From: an uncultured Azospirillaceae bacterium
Lineage (GTDB): Bacteria; Pseudomonadota; Alphaproteobacteria; RF32; CAG-239
Direction of reading: 5' to 3'
DNA length: 62,337 nucleotides
NCBI GenBank assembly: GCA_964395655.1
Contig: CAYNBB010000003.1
Location: forward strand, 1 to 62,337
The number at the start of each line of letters is the position of its first letter. The first letter of the stretch is position 1. A program made the position numbers and the translations under genes. The notes below the pieces were generated by a model that saw only the letters and a program-made list of their open reading frames with translations, searched no databases and was not told where the DNA came from. Below are positions 1-8,878 of this stretch, one piece after another.

Positions 1-1
1 T

Positions 2-266
2 CTTTACAGTCTTTCTCGGGCCAATTCCTTGCTTCGCTCAGGCACGAGGAAGACACCCCTTTACCGTCTTCCTCGGACAGGATGAAGTCCTTGATCCGAG
101 GATCCAAGAAAAACGTAAAGCTATCTTGTTAATTTGGTTTCTCGGGTCAAGCTCGAGAAAGACTTAAAAAAGAAAGTCAAGCCCGAAAACGACAATCTAG
201 AGAGAAGCTTCTCGGCACAAGGACGATCGCGGAGGTAAGGATGTCATTCCGGCGAAGGCCGGAATG
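2..266. repeat. Cluster of short imperfect palindromic (REP-like) units with a TTCTCGG / CCGAGAA core, plus a terminal 9-bp-stem hairpin
   Basis: CTTTAC(A/C)GTCTT(T/C)CTCGG occurs at 2-19 and 59-76 (16 of 18 identical). Related GTTTCTCGGG lies at 137-146 and GCTTCTCGGC at 207-216. Partner complements are GGCACGAGGAAGAC 41-54, TCCGAGGA 95-102 and CTCGAGAAAGAC 152-163. GAGAAGCTTCTC at 202-213 is a perfect 12-bp palindrome. Hairpin CATTCCGGC-gaag-GCCGGAATG spans 245-266. No ORF of 60 aa or more covers 1-310. Confidence 0.45.
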
Positions 267-331
267 TCACTAAAGGGAATACGAATCACGAATTACCTAA
301 TAACGAATTCTTGTCCGGGCGTCCTGAAGGC

Positions 332-892
332 CTATTCTCTGCCTCCGCGGTCATGAATCATCGTCAGGTTCATCATGCGTTCGCGTTTGCGCGCCAGTTC
401 GTATTCTTTTTGTCGCTGTTCGCGTTCGCGCTGCTCTTCGGGCGTTTCGCGGTGATTGACTTTCATGTCGCGCAGAGTCAGCATTTTTTTGAGCAGCTGC
501 TTTTGTGACATGCCGTTGGTATTGGACTTGATAAAGTCAACAATCTGTGACGGCGTAAGTTCCTGTGCAAGTTTTTGAATGTTGATGATGTTTTTGTCAG
601 CCATAATTTTATTAAGCTCGACATCAAGAGCTTCGTCAAATTCTCCGTCTTCGTCATCCAATATTTGTCGGATGATTTTGAGCAGATAGCCTTTAAAGTT
701 TTTGTTGACCAGTTTCAAAAAATTCCGGCCGGTAACGGTTTCGTTGCCGGAAGCGTTCATCAGTGCGAACAACAGCAGGTTTTTGACGTATTTGTTTTGC
801 AAAGAGGTCAACGGAATATTGCTGTCTATGCCTTTGCCGGCAGCTTTCAAAACCTTGCCGCGTTCTTTGGGAAATCTTACCTCTTCATCCAT
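332..892 (-). CDS. Hypothetical protein, 186 aa, with a charged C-terminus and no domain recognised
   Basis: Long ORF co-oriented with the downstream operon. It overlaps the rppH 3' end by 16 nt. No motif recognised. Confidence 0.45.
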   Translation of the reverse strand: MDEEVRFPKERGKVLKAAGKGIDSNIPLTSLQNKYVKNLLLFALMNASGNETVTGRNFLKLVNKNFKGYLLKIIRQILDDEDGEFDEALDVELNKIMADKNIINIQKLAQELTPSQIVDFIKSNTNGMSQKQLLKKMLTLRDMKVNHRETPEEQREREQRQKEYELARKRERMMNLTMIHDRGGRE

Positions 893-1377
893 TTTGCGCT
901 TTCTTTCTCATGAATATAAGGCATGAAAGCCTGAACCACTTTATGATACACTTCTTTTTTGAAATTAACAATCCGTTTCGGGGCATCTTCAATGTCTGTC
1001 CATTCGTAAGCCTTAAACTCAATTTCCTTCGGGTTGGTGCAAAAATCTATTTCGCTCTCTTTGCCGTAGAAATAAAACAATACCCAAAATTGCTCCTGCC
1101 CGACGTAGGAGCTGCCTTTTTGCCGGAATTTATCTATAACCTGCGGCGGAAAATCATAACGCAACGGTTTGGACAATAGGCTCACCGGTTCAACGGACGT
1201 GATGCCTGTTTCTTCGCGCAATTCGCGGTATGCAGCCGTCAAAACGTCTTCTTCGGTGTCAAGGCCGCCCTGCGGAAACTGCCATTGAAAATCTTCCTTG
1301 TCGGCGCGGGCACACATCAGAACTTTTTGTTTTTGATTAAAAACTACGATTCCGACATTTTTTCGATAAGCAGTCAT
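877..1377 (-). CDS. rppH: RNA pyrophosphohydrolase (Nudix hydrolase)
   Basis: Nudix box GGLDTEEDVLTAAYRELREETGIT. Size is 166 aa. It sits in the conserved position after the ctpA/yibQ-like genes. Confidence 0.85.
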   Translation of the reverse strand: MTAYRKNVGIVVFNQKQKVLMCARADKEDFQWQFPQGGLDTEEDVLTAAYRELREETGITSVEPVSLLSKPLRYDFPPQVIDKFRQKGSSYVGQEQFWVLFYFYGKESEIDFCTNPKEIEFKAYEWTDIEDAPKRIVNFKKEVYHKVVQAFMPYIHEKESAKWMKR

Positions 1378-2558
1378 TATTGAATCACCAGATTGGATAC
1401 CGGAACCAGAGCAAACGGTTTGTTCAGTTCCATGTTTTTGGCTTCTTCGTATGAAACCTGCGGCGAAAAGGTTTTAATCCAGTTAAACAATTCGACAATG
1501 ACAATCGGCTTGGGGTCGGCCACGATCAGAACCTGCCCTTTTTCAAACGCGATATATTCGGCTTTAAGCAGAGCCTTGTCGATGGCATCATGTCGGAAAT
1601 CGGAATCAATGACGATGTCTGCCTTTTTACGCGGCAAGCCCTGAATTTCTATTTTGCTCAGACCTTCGCCGGCGGTTGCGTCGATCATAAGCAGACCGCG
1701 GTTGCGCAGCTCCTTAAGCAGTTCGATTAAAATTTCACGGTTGTCCTCGTCGGCAATGCCGTCATTGACGACAACGCCGCCGATCGGCGCTTCGGTTGAC
1801 AAACTGCGTTGCAAACGTGCCAAAGCCTCTTCCTTGCTGATTGTCAGGCTTATTGACAACGGTCCGCTGTCGGCTTGTAAAAAGTTTTGGGAAGAAAGCA
1901 GCAGATCGACATAAGTCTCGTGGCCTTTTTGTCTGGTTCCGATAATTTTGGAACCGATGTCTTTGGCATAGGGCGTAAAAGAAAAAGAAACCTTGGAATC
2001 CAGCGCGCGGCCGATCTTGTCGAGAGACAGCGGATCAAACCCTATTCCCTTAACGATAATGGCCACTTTTTTGAAGTTGGGCAAAACGTCGACCGGATTC
2101 CCATACTCGACCCAGGGTTTTTTGTTGTCCGGAGAGATTTTTGGCAACGTCAGCCCGTTGACGGGTTCAACCAGTCCCTTGCTGTTCATAATGTTATTGA
2201 GAGTTTGGGTTTGCGGGGTGTCCGGCAGAGAGGCGAGATTCGGAATCTTGGCCAGAATATCTTCCATGCTTTTCTTTTTGGGCAATACAACTTCTTCGCG
2301 CAGTTCCTGCAAAACGTCGTCGTTTATTTCAAAGGACTTGTTTTCTTTGGACGATGCCAAAACCTTGTCCCACGAAGGAAGGGATAATACGAATTTCGGA
2401 CTCTTGTTGTCTTTGTCAAACATCAGCTTGTCTATTTTGGAGAGATAAGCCGGCTCGCTCTTCTTTCCGGCAAACAGCAGACCGATAAGGGTAACGGCGA
2501 TGATTGCCAGTCCGGTAATGATGATCAAAGCGTTGTCTGAAACGATTTTCCTGAACAA
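1377..2558 (-). CDS. Divergent polysaccharide deacetylase family (YibQ-like) protein with an N-terminal membrane anchor
   Basis: N-terminal TM helix. The C-terminal region (VAIIVKGIGFD ... GGVVVNDGIA ... RGLLMIDATA ... ADIVIDSD) aligns by eye to the YibQ/DUF610 pattern, though several positions I remember as Asp/His look substituted. Conserved neighbourhood with ctpA. Confidence 0.65.
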   Translation of the reverse strand: MFRKIVSDNALIIITGLAIIAVTLIGLLFAGKKSEPAYLSKIDKLMFDKDNKSPKFVLSLPSWDKVLASSKENKSFEINDDVLQELREEVVLPKKKSMEDILAKIPNLASLPDTPQTQTLNNIMNSKGLVEPVNGLTLPKISPDNKKPWVEYGNPVDVLPNFKKVAIIVKGIGFDPLSLDKIGRALDSKVSFSFTPYAKDIGSKIIGTRQKGHETYVDLLLSSQNFLQADSGPLSISLTISKEEALARLQRSLSTEAPIGGVVVNDGIADEDNREILIELLKELRNRGLLMIDATAGEGLSKIEIQGLPRKKADIVIDSDFRHDAIDKALLKAEYIAFEKGQVLIVADPKPIVIVELFNWIKTFSPQVSYEEAKNMELNKPFALVPVSNLVIQ

Positions 2559-2570
2559 AGCGAAAACTCC

Positions 2571-3863
2571 TTAGTTGCCCGAGTGATAAATTCCCAAAGC
2601 CTTAACCAAATCGACGGCGCGCGCCAACTGGTAGTCCTTGCGCCATTCTTCGTTTTTGTCTTTGACGTTTTTGTCTGTTTTCTTGTCTTGAGCGGTTTTG
2701 TCCGCGGCTTCGTTTTTGAGAGCGTTGCCGTATTCCGCTTCGCTGAAGTTGTATGCACTGACGATTTCTTCGACTTTGGCCGGGTGTACTTCCACGTCGG
2801 GTTCAATTCCCTTGGCCTGAATCGAGCGTCCCGAAGGCGTATAATAACGGGCGGTCGTTAACCGCATGGCGCCGTATTTTCCGAGCGGAATAACAGTTTG
2901 CACCGAACCCTTTCCGAAAGATTTTTCACCGAGAATGATTGCACGTTTATGGTCTTGCAATGCGCCGGCTACAATTTCGGAAGCCGAAGCCGATCCGTCG
3001 TTGATAAGCACCACAATCGGCAGCCCGTCTGTAATGTCGCCGTTTTTGGCCGAATAACGAACGGTGTCTTCTTCGTTGCGCGAACGGGTTGAGACGATTT
3101 CGCCCTGATTCAGGAACAAATCCGAAACGCCGACCGCCTGATCAAGCAGGCCGCCGGGATTGTTGCGGACGTCAAGAACGATACCCTTGAGTTTGCCTTT
3201 AAGTTCTTTCTGCGCTTTTTTTACGGCTTTTTCAACGTTGGCGTCGACGTCTTCGCTGAAAGAAGTTATGCGGATATAGGCGACATCATCGGCCTTAATG
3301 TCGTTTTTGACGGATTGAATTTTGATTTCCTCGCGCTTGAGCGTCACGTCAAACGGTTTTTCGTTCAGGCGTCGGATATTGAGTTTGACTTTGGTTCCGA
3401 CTTTGCCGCGCATTTTGTCAACCGCGTCATTGAGCGTCATACCCATAACGTTTTCTCCGTCAATGTTGACGATGTAGTCGCCCGGTTTCAAACCGGCTTT
3501 GGAAGCGGGCGTATCGTCAATCGGCGATACGATTTTGACCACGCCCTGTTCCATGGTAACTTCAATACCGAGACCGCCGAATTTCCCCTTGGTCTGTTCA
3601 TTCATGTATTTGAAACTCTGCGCGTCGAGGTAGCTTGAATGCGGATCAAGCGAAACCAACATACCGTTGATGGCCGATTCGATAAGTTTCTTGTCGTCAA
3701 CTTCTTCGACATAGGAATTTTTTGCACGTTCCATGACTTCGCCGAACAAGTTGAGCATTTCGTAAGTGTCGGCTTTTTCGGCGTTGGTTTCTTTTTTGGC
3801 CTCTGTGGGCTGTGCAACGCACAAAAGTCCGAGAATCAACAGAACAGAGAGCTTGTTTTTCAT
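2571..3863 (-). CDS. ctpA: Carboxy-terminal processing protease (S41 family) with a PDZ domain
   Basis: Signal peptide, GGLGIEV, PDZ segment PGDYIVNIDGENV, and catalytic region LINDGSASASEIVAGALQD ... GEKSFGKGSVQT. Confidence 0.9.
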   Translation of the reverse strand: MKNKLSVLLILGLLCVAQPTEAKKETNAEKADTYEMLNLFGEVMERAKNSYVEEVDDKKLIESAINGMLVSLDPHSSYLDAQSFKYMNEQTKGKFGGLGIEVTMEQGVVKIVSPIDDTPASKAGLKPGDYIVNIDGENVMGMTLNDAVDKMRGKVGTKVKLNIRRLNEKPFDVTLKREEIKIQSVKNDIKADDVAYIRITSFSEDVDANVEKAVKKAQKELKGKLKGIVLDVRNNPGGLLDQAVGVSDLFLNQGEIVSTRSRNEEDTVRYSAKNGDITDGLPIVVLINDGSASASEIVAGALQDHKRAIILGEKSFGKGSVQTVIPLGKYGAMRLTTARYYTPSGRSIQAKGIEPDVEVHPAKVEEIVSAYNFSEAEYGNALKNEAADKTAQDKKTDKNVKDKNEEWRKDYQLARAVDLVKALGIYHSGN

Positions 3864-3885
3864 TTTTGTAATTTCCTTTTTCGTT

Positions 3886-5133
3886 TTACAACCGCATCCA
3901 TGCTATCGGATCCACCGGTTGGTTGTCTTTTCTGATTTCGACGTAAAGTTTTGAATCTCCGTCCTCCGGCATTTGTCCCACCGGCTCTCCCGCCAGAAGC
4001 ATCTGTCCGACGTCTACGTCAAAATTCTTCAATCCGGCCAGCAACGACAGATAACCGTCGCCGTGTTCGATAATAATCAGGTTACCGTAGCCGCGGAACG
4101 GTCCCGCAAAAATAACCGCGCCGTCAAACGGAGCAATAACCTGCGCGTCGTTTCGCGTCCGCAAAATAATTCCTTTGGAGGTAACGCCCTTTACCACCTG
4201 TTCGCCGTAGGCTGTGATAATCTTTCCGCGAGCCGGCAGCGGCAGGGTGCCTTTGGCTTTGGCAAAACCTCCGCTTATGCTGTTTATAACCGGAGATGAC
4301 GATTTTATCAAGTCAGCAGTTTGTTTTTGTTCCGTTTTTTTTGCTTCAATCCGTCGCTGTTCTGCAGCTTTTTTCTCGGCCAGCCGCCGTTCTTTTTCTT
4401 TGCGCAGTTTTTCAAGCCGTTGTTGTTCAAGCCTGCCAAGCAGATCACGCAAATCCTGAGCCTGCGCCGCCAGTTTGTCGGCGTTGCGTTTAGCTTGTTC
4501 GCTGCGGATTTCCACGGCTTTGCGTATTTTGGACTTGCGCTGAACCAGCTGTTTCATTTTGGCGTGCTCTTTTTCCAGCACGGTTTTTTGTTTGGAAATC
4601 TGTGCAAACTGTTTTTCCACGCGGTTTTTTTTGAGAGAAATGGTTTCCAGTTCGTTGCGGATTCTCTCGGCGTTTTCTTCCAGATACGGCACTGTTTCCC
4701 GCAACAGCATTGCACTGCGGATAATGTCTACCGGCGACAGCGGTTGCACCAGCAGTGCCTCGGTCGGTTTCAGCGCCAGATTTTGCAATGCGGCAAGCGT
4801 TTTTATCAGATTGTCGTCTTCCTGACTGAAACCGGCTTCAGCTTCGGACAGCTCGCTTTTAAGCTTTTCAAGCTGGGCTTCCATCCTCGACAGTTTTTCC
4901 TCGTTATTCTGAATCTGTCTGGCGGCCTTGATCATTTCCTGACTGACCGAAGCCAGCTCCATGTTAATCTGAGTTGCCTGCGCCTGCAGTTTTTTGTGCT
5001 CAAGGCTTTGCTGCTGAACCTGTTGTTCGACTTTTTTGAGGTCAGAATCCGAAACCGCCAGCAGCTCGCCCGGAGCAATGCCGCAGAGCAGCAGTCCGGG
5101 GAGCAGATATTTGAAAGCGGTTTTCAGTTTCAT
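3886..5133 (-). CDS. Murein hydrolase activator, EnvC-like: coiled coil plus a degenerate M23/LytM domain
   Basis: Signal peptide and a long Q/E/K-rich coiled coil. The C-terminal LytM-like domain reads GYGNLIIIEHGDGYLSLLAGL. The usual HxH position reads LYVEIR, consistent with a non-catalytic EnvC type. Confidence 0.8.
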   Translation of the reverse strand: MKLKTAFKYLLPGLLLCGIAPGELLAVSDSDLKKVEQQVQQQSLEHKKLQAQATQINMELASVSQEMIKAARQIQNNEEKLSRMEAQLEKLKSELSEAEAGFSQEDDNLIKTLAALQNLALKPTEALLVQPLSPVDIIRSAMLLRETVPYLEENAERIRNELETISLKKNRVEKQFAQISKQKTVLEKEHAKMKQLVQRKSKIRKAVEIRSEQAKRNADKLAAQAQDLRDLLGRLEQQRLEKLRKEKERRLAEKKAAEQRRIEAKKTEQKQTADLIKSSSPVINSISGGFAKAKGTLPLPARGKIITAYGEQVVKGVTSKGIILRTRNDAQVIAPFDGAVIFAGPFRGYGNLIIIEHGDGYLSLLAGLKNFDVDVGQMLLAGEPVGQMPEDGDSKLYVEIRKDNQPVDPIAWMRL

Positions 5134-5136
5134 TCC

Positions 5137-6669
5137 TTATTTTACCAACAGCGAAGTGCCGGTCATTTCCTTAGGCTGGTTGATGTTCAGAAGTTCAAGC
5201 ATTGTCGGAGCCAGATCGGCAAGTTTGCCGTCTTTAAGAGCTTTGACGCCGCTTTGGTCGTTTACCAAAATGGCAGGGACTTTGCCGACGGTATGCGCGG
5301 TATAGGGCTGGCCGGTTGTCTCGTCGACCATTTTTTCGGCGTTGCCGTGATCGGCGGTGACAATCATCACGCCGCCGACGTCCTTAATGGCTTTTTCAAC
5401 CTTGCCGAGACATTCGTCAACCGCGGCCACGGCCTTTAGCGCTGCTTCCATAATGCCGGTATGTCCGACCATATCGCCATTGGCGTAGTTGCAGATAATC
5501 ACGTCAAAACGTTTGTCTTCAATGGCTTTAACCAATTGTTCCGTTACTTCATAGACGCTCATTTCCGGTTTGAGGTCGTAAGTTGCGACTTTCGGGCTGG
5601 CGATAAGGATTCTTTCTTCGCCCTTAAACTCTTTTTCCTCGCCGCCGTTAAAGAAAAACGTAACGTGGGCATATTTTTCGGTTTCGGCAATTCGCAGCTG
5701 AGTCAAACCGTGCTCGGCCACAACTTCTCCTAAAATATTTGTCAGGGATTCGGGCGGGAACATCGTCTGCATAAAGCGGTTGTGGTCGACCGAATACTCG
5801 GTCATGCCGACATGAGCGGAAAACTTGACTCTGCGCTTGCGGGCAAAGCCTTCAAAAGCGTCGTCTGCCAGCGCGTACAAAATTTCACGGGCGCGGTCGG
5901 CGCGGAAGTTGGCCATCAGTATGGCGTCGCCGTCTTCCATTCCCTGATAATCGCCGATAACGGCAGGAATAACGAATTCGTCGGTAACTTTTTCGGCATA
6001 GGAGGCTTGGATTGCCTCGTCCGCTGTGGCATAGCGTTTGCCGTCGGCGCTCAAAATATTGTCATAAGCCAGTTCTATGCGATCCCAGCGTTTGTCGCGA
6101 TCCATTGCGTAAAAACGGCCTTCGATCGTTGCTATTTTTACCAGCGGCATATCCTTGACGGACTCTTCAAACTGTGCCAGATATTCGGCGGCCGATGCCG
6201 GCGGCGTGTCGCGTCCGTCCAAGAAGGCGTGAACGCGGGTTTTTATGCCGTTTTTGTTCAAAATGGCGCACAAGGCGACAATATGTTCCTGCGAGGAATG
6301 CACGCCGCCCGGCGACATCAATCCCATGACATGAGCGGTTTTGCCGTTGTCTTTCAAGGTTTCGATCATTTTAAGCAGAACCGGATTTCGCGCCAGCGAA
6401 CCGTCTTTGACGGCAAGGTCTATTTTCGGGAGATCCTGCATAACCACGCGACCGGCGCCGATATTGGTGTGTCCGACTTCCGAATTGCCCATTTGTCCTT
6501 CCGGCAGTCCGACAGCAAGGCCGTAAGTTTCAATCAACGAATGCGGGCAGGTTTCAAACATGCGATGCCAGTTTGGGGTATGTCCCATTTCAATCGCGTT
6601 GTCGGGCGTTTTCGGCGCGCGATAGCCCCAGCCGTCCAAAATCATCAGCAATACGGGTTTTTGTGTCAT
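5137..6669 (-). CDS. gpmI: 2,3-bisphosphoglycerate-independent phosphoglycerate mutase
   Basis: PVLLMILDGWG, GNSEVGHTNIGAGR and TADHGNAE motifs. I prefer the ATG at 6669, preceded by the purine-rich AAGGAAAGAAGGAAAAAG, over the TTG at 6693 used by the ORF track. Confidence 0.92.
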   Translation of the reverse strand: MTQKPVLLMILDGWGYRAPKTPDNAIEMGHTPNWHRMFETCPHSLIETYGLAVGLPEGQMGNSEVGHTNIGAGRVVMQDLPKIDLAVKDGSLARNPVLLKMIETLKDNGKTAHVMGLMSPGGVHSSQEHIVALCAILNKNGIKTRVHAFLDGRDTPPASAAEYLAQFEESVKDMPLVKIATIEGRFYAMDRDKRWDRIELAYDNILSADGKRYATADEAIQASYAEKVTDEFVIPAVIGDYQGMEDGDAILMANFRADRAREILYALADDAFEGFARKRRVKFSAHVGMTEYSVDHNRFMQTMFPPESLTNILGEVVAEHGLTQLRIAETEKYAHVTFFFNGGEEKEFKGEERILIASPKVATYDLKPEMSVYEVTEQLVKAIEDKRFDVIICNYANGDMVGHTGIMEAALKAVAAVDECLGKVEKAIKDVGGVMIVTADHGNAEKMVDETTGQPYTAHTVGKVPAILVNDQSGVKALKDGKLADLAPTMLELLNINQPKEMTGTSLLVK

Positions 6670-6752
6670 CTTTTTCCTTCTTTCCTTAATCAATAAAACT
6701 TTTCCATATTATATATAATAAAACTTATTAGAAAAGCACTATTTTAGAGATT

Positions 6753-8561
6753 TTAATTCATAATTTTGCGCCAGATTTCCGCCGGCAGGTTGGCGCCGGA
6801 CACCCCTTTCATCGGCGAGTTGTCGTCATTTCCGAGCCACACCGCGGCAATCAGCTCGTCGGTATAGCCGACAAACCACGCGTCGCGGTTGTCCTGCGAA
6901 GTTCCTGTTTTGCCAGCGGCAAATCTTCCGATCGCGGCTTTGCGTCCGGTTCCGCCGGTAATAACGCTTTCGAGCATGGAAGTCAGGTTACGCACCGCGT
7001 TTCGGTCAAGAATGGATGTTTTGTCCGGAGCCATGCGCTGATACAGCTGATAGCCGTCGCGGGTGTAAATTTCTTCAATTCCGTACGGATAAACGGCAAA
7101 ACCGTTGTTGGCCAGCGTGGCATAGGCTGCCGCCATGTCGATGACTTTGACCTCCATGGTGCCGAGTACCAGCGAAGGCGAGTTTTGTATCGGCGTGGTA
7201 ATGCCCATCCGCCGCGCATTGCGGATAATTTCATCGGCCGGAAGCTGTTGCGCCAGATTAATGGTTGCCAGATTAAGCGATTTGGCCAGAGCCTGGCGCA
7301 GCGTAACCGCGCCGTAGTATTTTTTGTCGGCGTTTTCGGGGCGCCAGCCTTTGATTGACAGCGGCGCGTCTTCAACAATGCTTTCGGGAGTGTATTCGTT
7401 TTCGAGCGCCGTGATGTAAACGAACGGTTTGAATGCCGAACCGGGCTGCCGTAGCGCCTGAACCGCACGGTTGAACTGGCTTCGGTTATAATCCGCACCG
7501 CCGACCATGGCGCGGATGGCACCGTTTTTGTCAAGCACGATAACGGCGCCTTGCGTCACGTTTTTGTGCTTGTTGGCGGCAATCGTCCGACTCAGTGCGC
7601 GAGAAGATTTTTCCTGCAATTCCTGGTCAAGCGTCGTCAAAACGTAAATGTCATTGTCGCGTTCGCCGATATAATCGTTGACCTGTCCGTAAATCCAGTC
7701 GGCAAAGTAGGCGCCGTCCGTAACCTTGGCGTTCTTTTCTCGTCCCAACGGCATTTGCAGAACGCGTTGATAATCTTTTTCGTCGATTAATTCGCTGTCG
7801 AGCATTATTTTCAAAACGACTTTGGCTCGTTCGACGGCTCGTTCTTTTGAAGCTGTCGGATTATAGCGTGAGGGAGCTTTGAGCATGCCGGCGATTACGG
7901 CCGCTTCTTTGATGTTAAGGTCACGGGAGGTTTTTTGAAAATACTTTTGGCTGGCAGCCTCGATTCCGTAGGTTCCTGCGCCGAGATAAACGCGGTTTAG
8001 ATAAAGCGTCAGGATTTGTTCTTTGCTGAATTTGTATTCAAGCCAAAAGGCCAGCATCAGTTCCTGAATCTTTCGGCGGATGCTTTTTTGCGGGGTAAGA
8101 AACAGGTTTTTTGCCACTTGCTGGGTAATTGTGCTGCCGCCTTGAGCATAACGGCCGGCAAAAACGTTGGTCAGCATTGCGCGGACAAAGGAAATGAGGT
8201 CGAATCCGAAATGCTGGTAGAAACGCCGATCTTCGGTATAAACAATCGCGTCAATTACGTATTGCGGCAGTTCTTCCGAGCGAATGACTTCCGAATAAAC
8301 CGTGCCGAAGGTCTGAATTTCGTTGCCGTTGTCGGCGATAATGGTGGTCGAAGGCCTGCGCGTTCGGTTGACGGCTTCCGTCATGTCGGGCATGGTCAGT
8401 ACGCAGTAGGCCAGATAAATTAAGAAAGTTATCACCAACAGGCCAAAGATTTTGAAGAGCCTCCGGTGTTTTTTAAACCATTGTTTTGACTCTCTTTTTT
8501 TTGATGTTTTTTTCTTTTTCCGAGGTTTTCTCACGAGTCCGTCCCTTTTCCGGCTTGTCAC
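6753..8561 (-). CDS. mrcA: Bifunctional class A penicillin-binding protein (PBP1A family), short form of 602 aa
   Basis: Glycosyltransferase motif YTEDRRFYQHFGFD. Transpeptidase motifs SAFKP (SxxK), KSLN and KTGTS. N-terminal TM anchor. GTG start. Confidence 0.88.
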   Translation of the reverse strand: MTSRKRDGLVRKPRKKKKTSKKRESKQWFKKHRRLFKIFGLLVITFLIYLAYCVLTMPDMTEAVNRTRRPSTTIIADNGNEIQTFGTVYSEVIRSEELPQYVIDAIVYTEDRRFYQHFGFDLISFVRAMLTNVFAGRYAQGGSTITQQVAKNLFLTPQKSIRRKIQELMLAFWLEYKFSKEQILTLYLNRVYLGAGTYGIEAASQKYFQKTSRDLNIKEAAVIAGMLKAPSRYNPTASKERAVERAKVVLKIMLDSELIDEKDYQRVLQMPLGREKNAKVTDGAYFADWIYGQVNDYIGERDNDIYVLTTLDQELQEKSSRALSRTIAANKHKNVTQGAVIVLDKNGAIRAMVGGADYNRSQFNRAVQALRQPGSAFKPFVYITALENEYTPESIVEDAPLSIKGWRPENADKKYYGAVTLRQALAKSLNLATINLAQQLPADEIIRNARRMGITTPIQNSPSLVLGTMEVKVIDMAAAYATLANNGFAVYPYGIEEIYTRDGYQLYQRMAPDKTSILDRNAVRNLTSMLESVITGGTGRKAAIGRFAAGKTGTSQDNRDAWFVGYTDELIAAVWLGNDDNSPMKGVSGANLPAEIWRKIMN

Positions 8562-8623
8562 GATTCACAAAATATTCTACAACTTAACCGTCACGCTAAC
8601 ACAAATAAGTTAAGGAAAATTTT

Positions 8624-8824
8624 ATGAGCAGCATTTCGGTTTCCCTCAATGACGCGCTGAAAGCCAAATTGGTTCGGATTGCCTGCAAAAGCGGCAGATC
8701 TGTCGAAGAATGCGTTGCTCTGGCTTTGCGTGATTATGTCGAAAATTATGAAGACGTTTACAAAACAGACCTTTGTGCCGTCGATAATCTGGAGCGCAGT
8801 TTCTTTTTATCTGTTGGCGAATAG
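8624..8824 (+). CDS. Small ribbon-helix-helix (CopG/antitoxin-like) protein, 66 aa
   Basis: N-terminal ISVSLNDALKAKLVRIA...SVEECVALALRDYV fits the RHH beta-strand/helix/helix pattern. AAGGAA RBS lies 6 nt upstream of the ATG. Confidence 0.5.
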   Translation: MSSISVSLNDALKAKLVRIACKSGRSVEECVALALRDYVENYEDVYKTDLCAVDNLERSFFLSVGE

Positions 8825-8878
8825 GTTTTTGTCGTTTATATTGACGGTGTCTGTCAACTTTGAGCGGAGAGCTGCTTA

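Noticed and set aside
4321-5439. 372-aa plus-strand ORF antisense to the envC-like gene and gpmI. Similar long antisense ORFs lie at 5782-6696, 10649-11797, 12295-13041, 25060-26274, 31503-32483, 35929-36822, 48086-49048 and 52018-53682.
   Set aside because: Each lies entirely opposite a gene with unmistakable conserved motifs. Their translations are low-complexity (F/V/G/R/N-rich) with no motifs. Long shadow ORFs are expected opposite strongly codon-biased genes.
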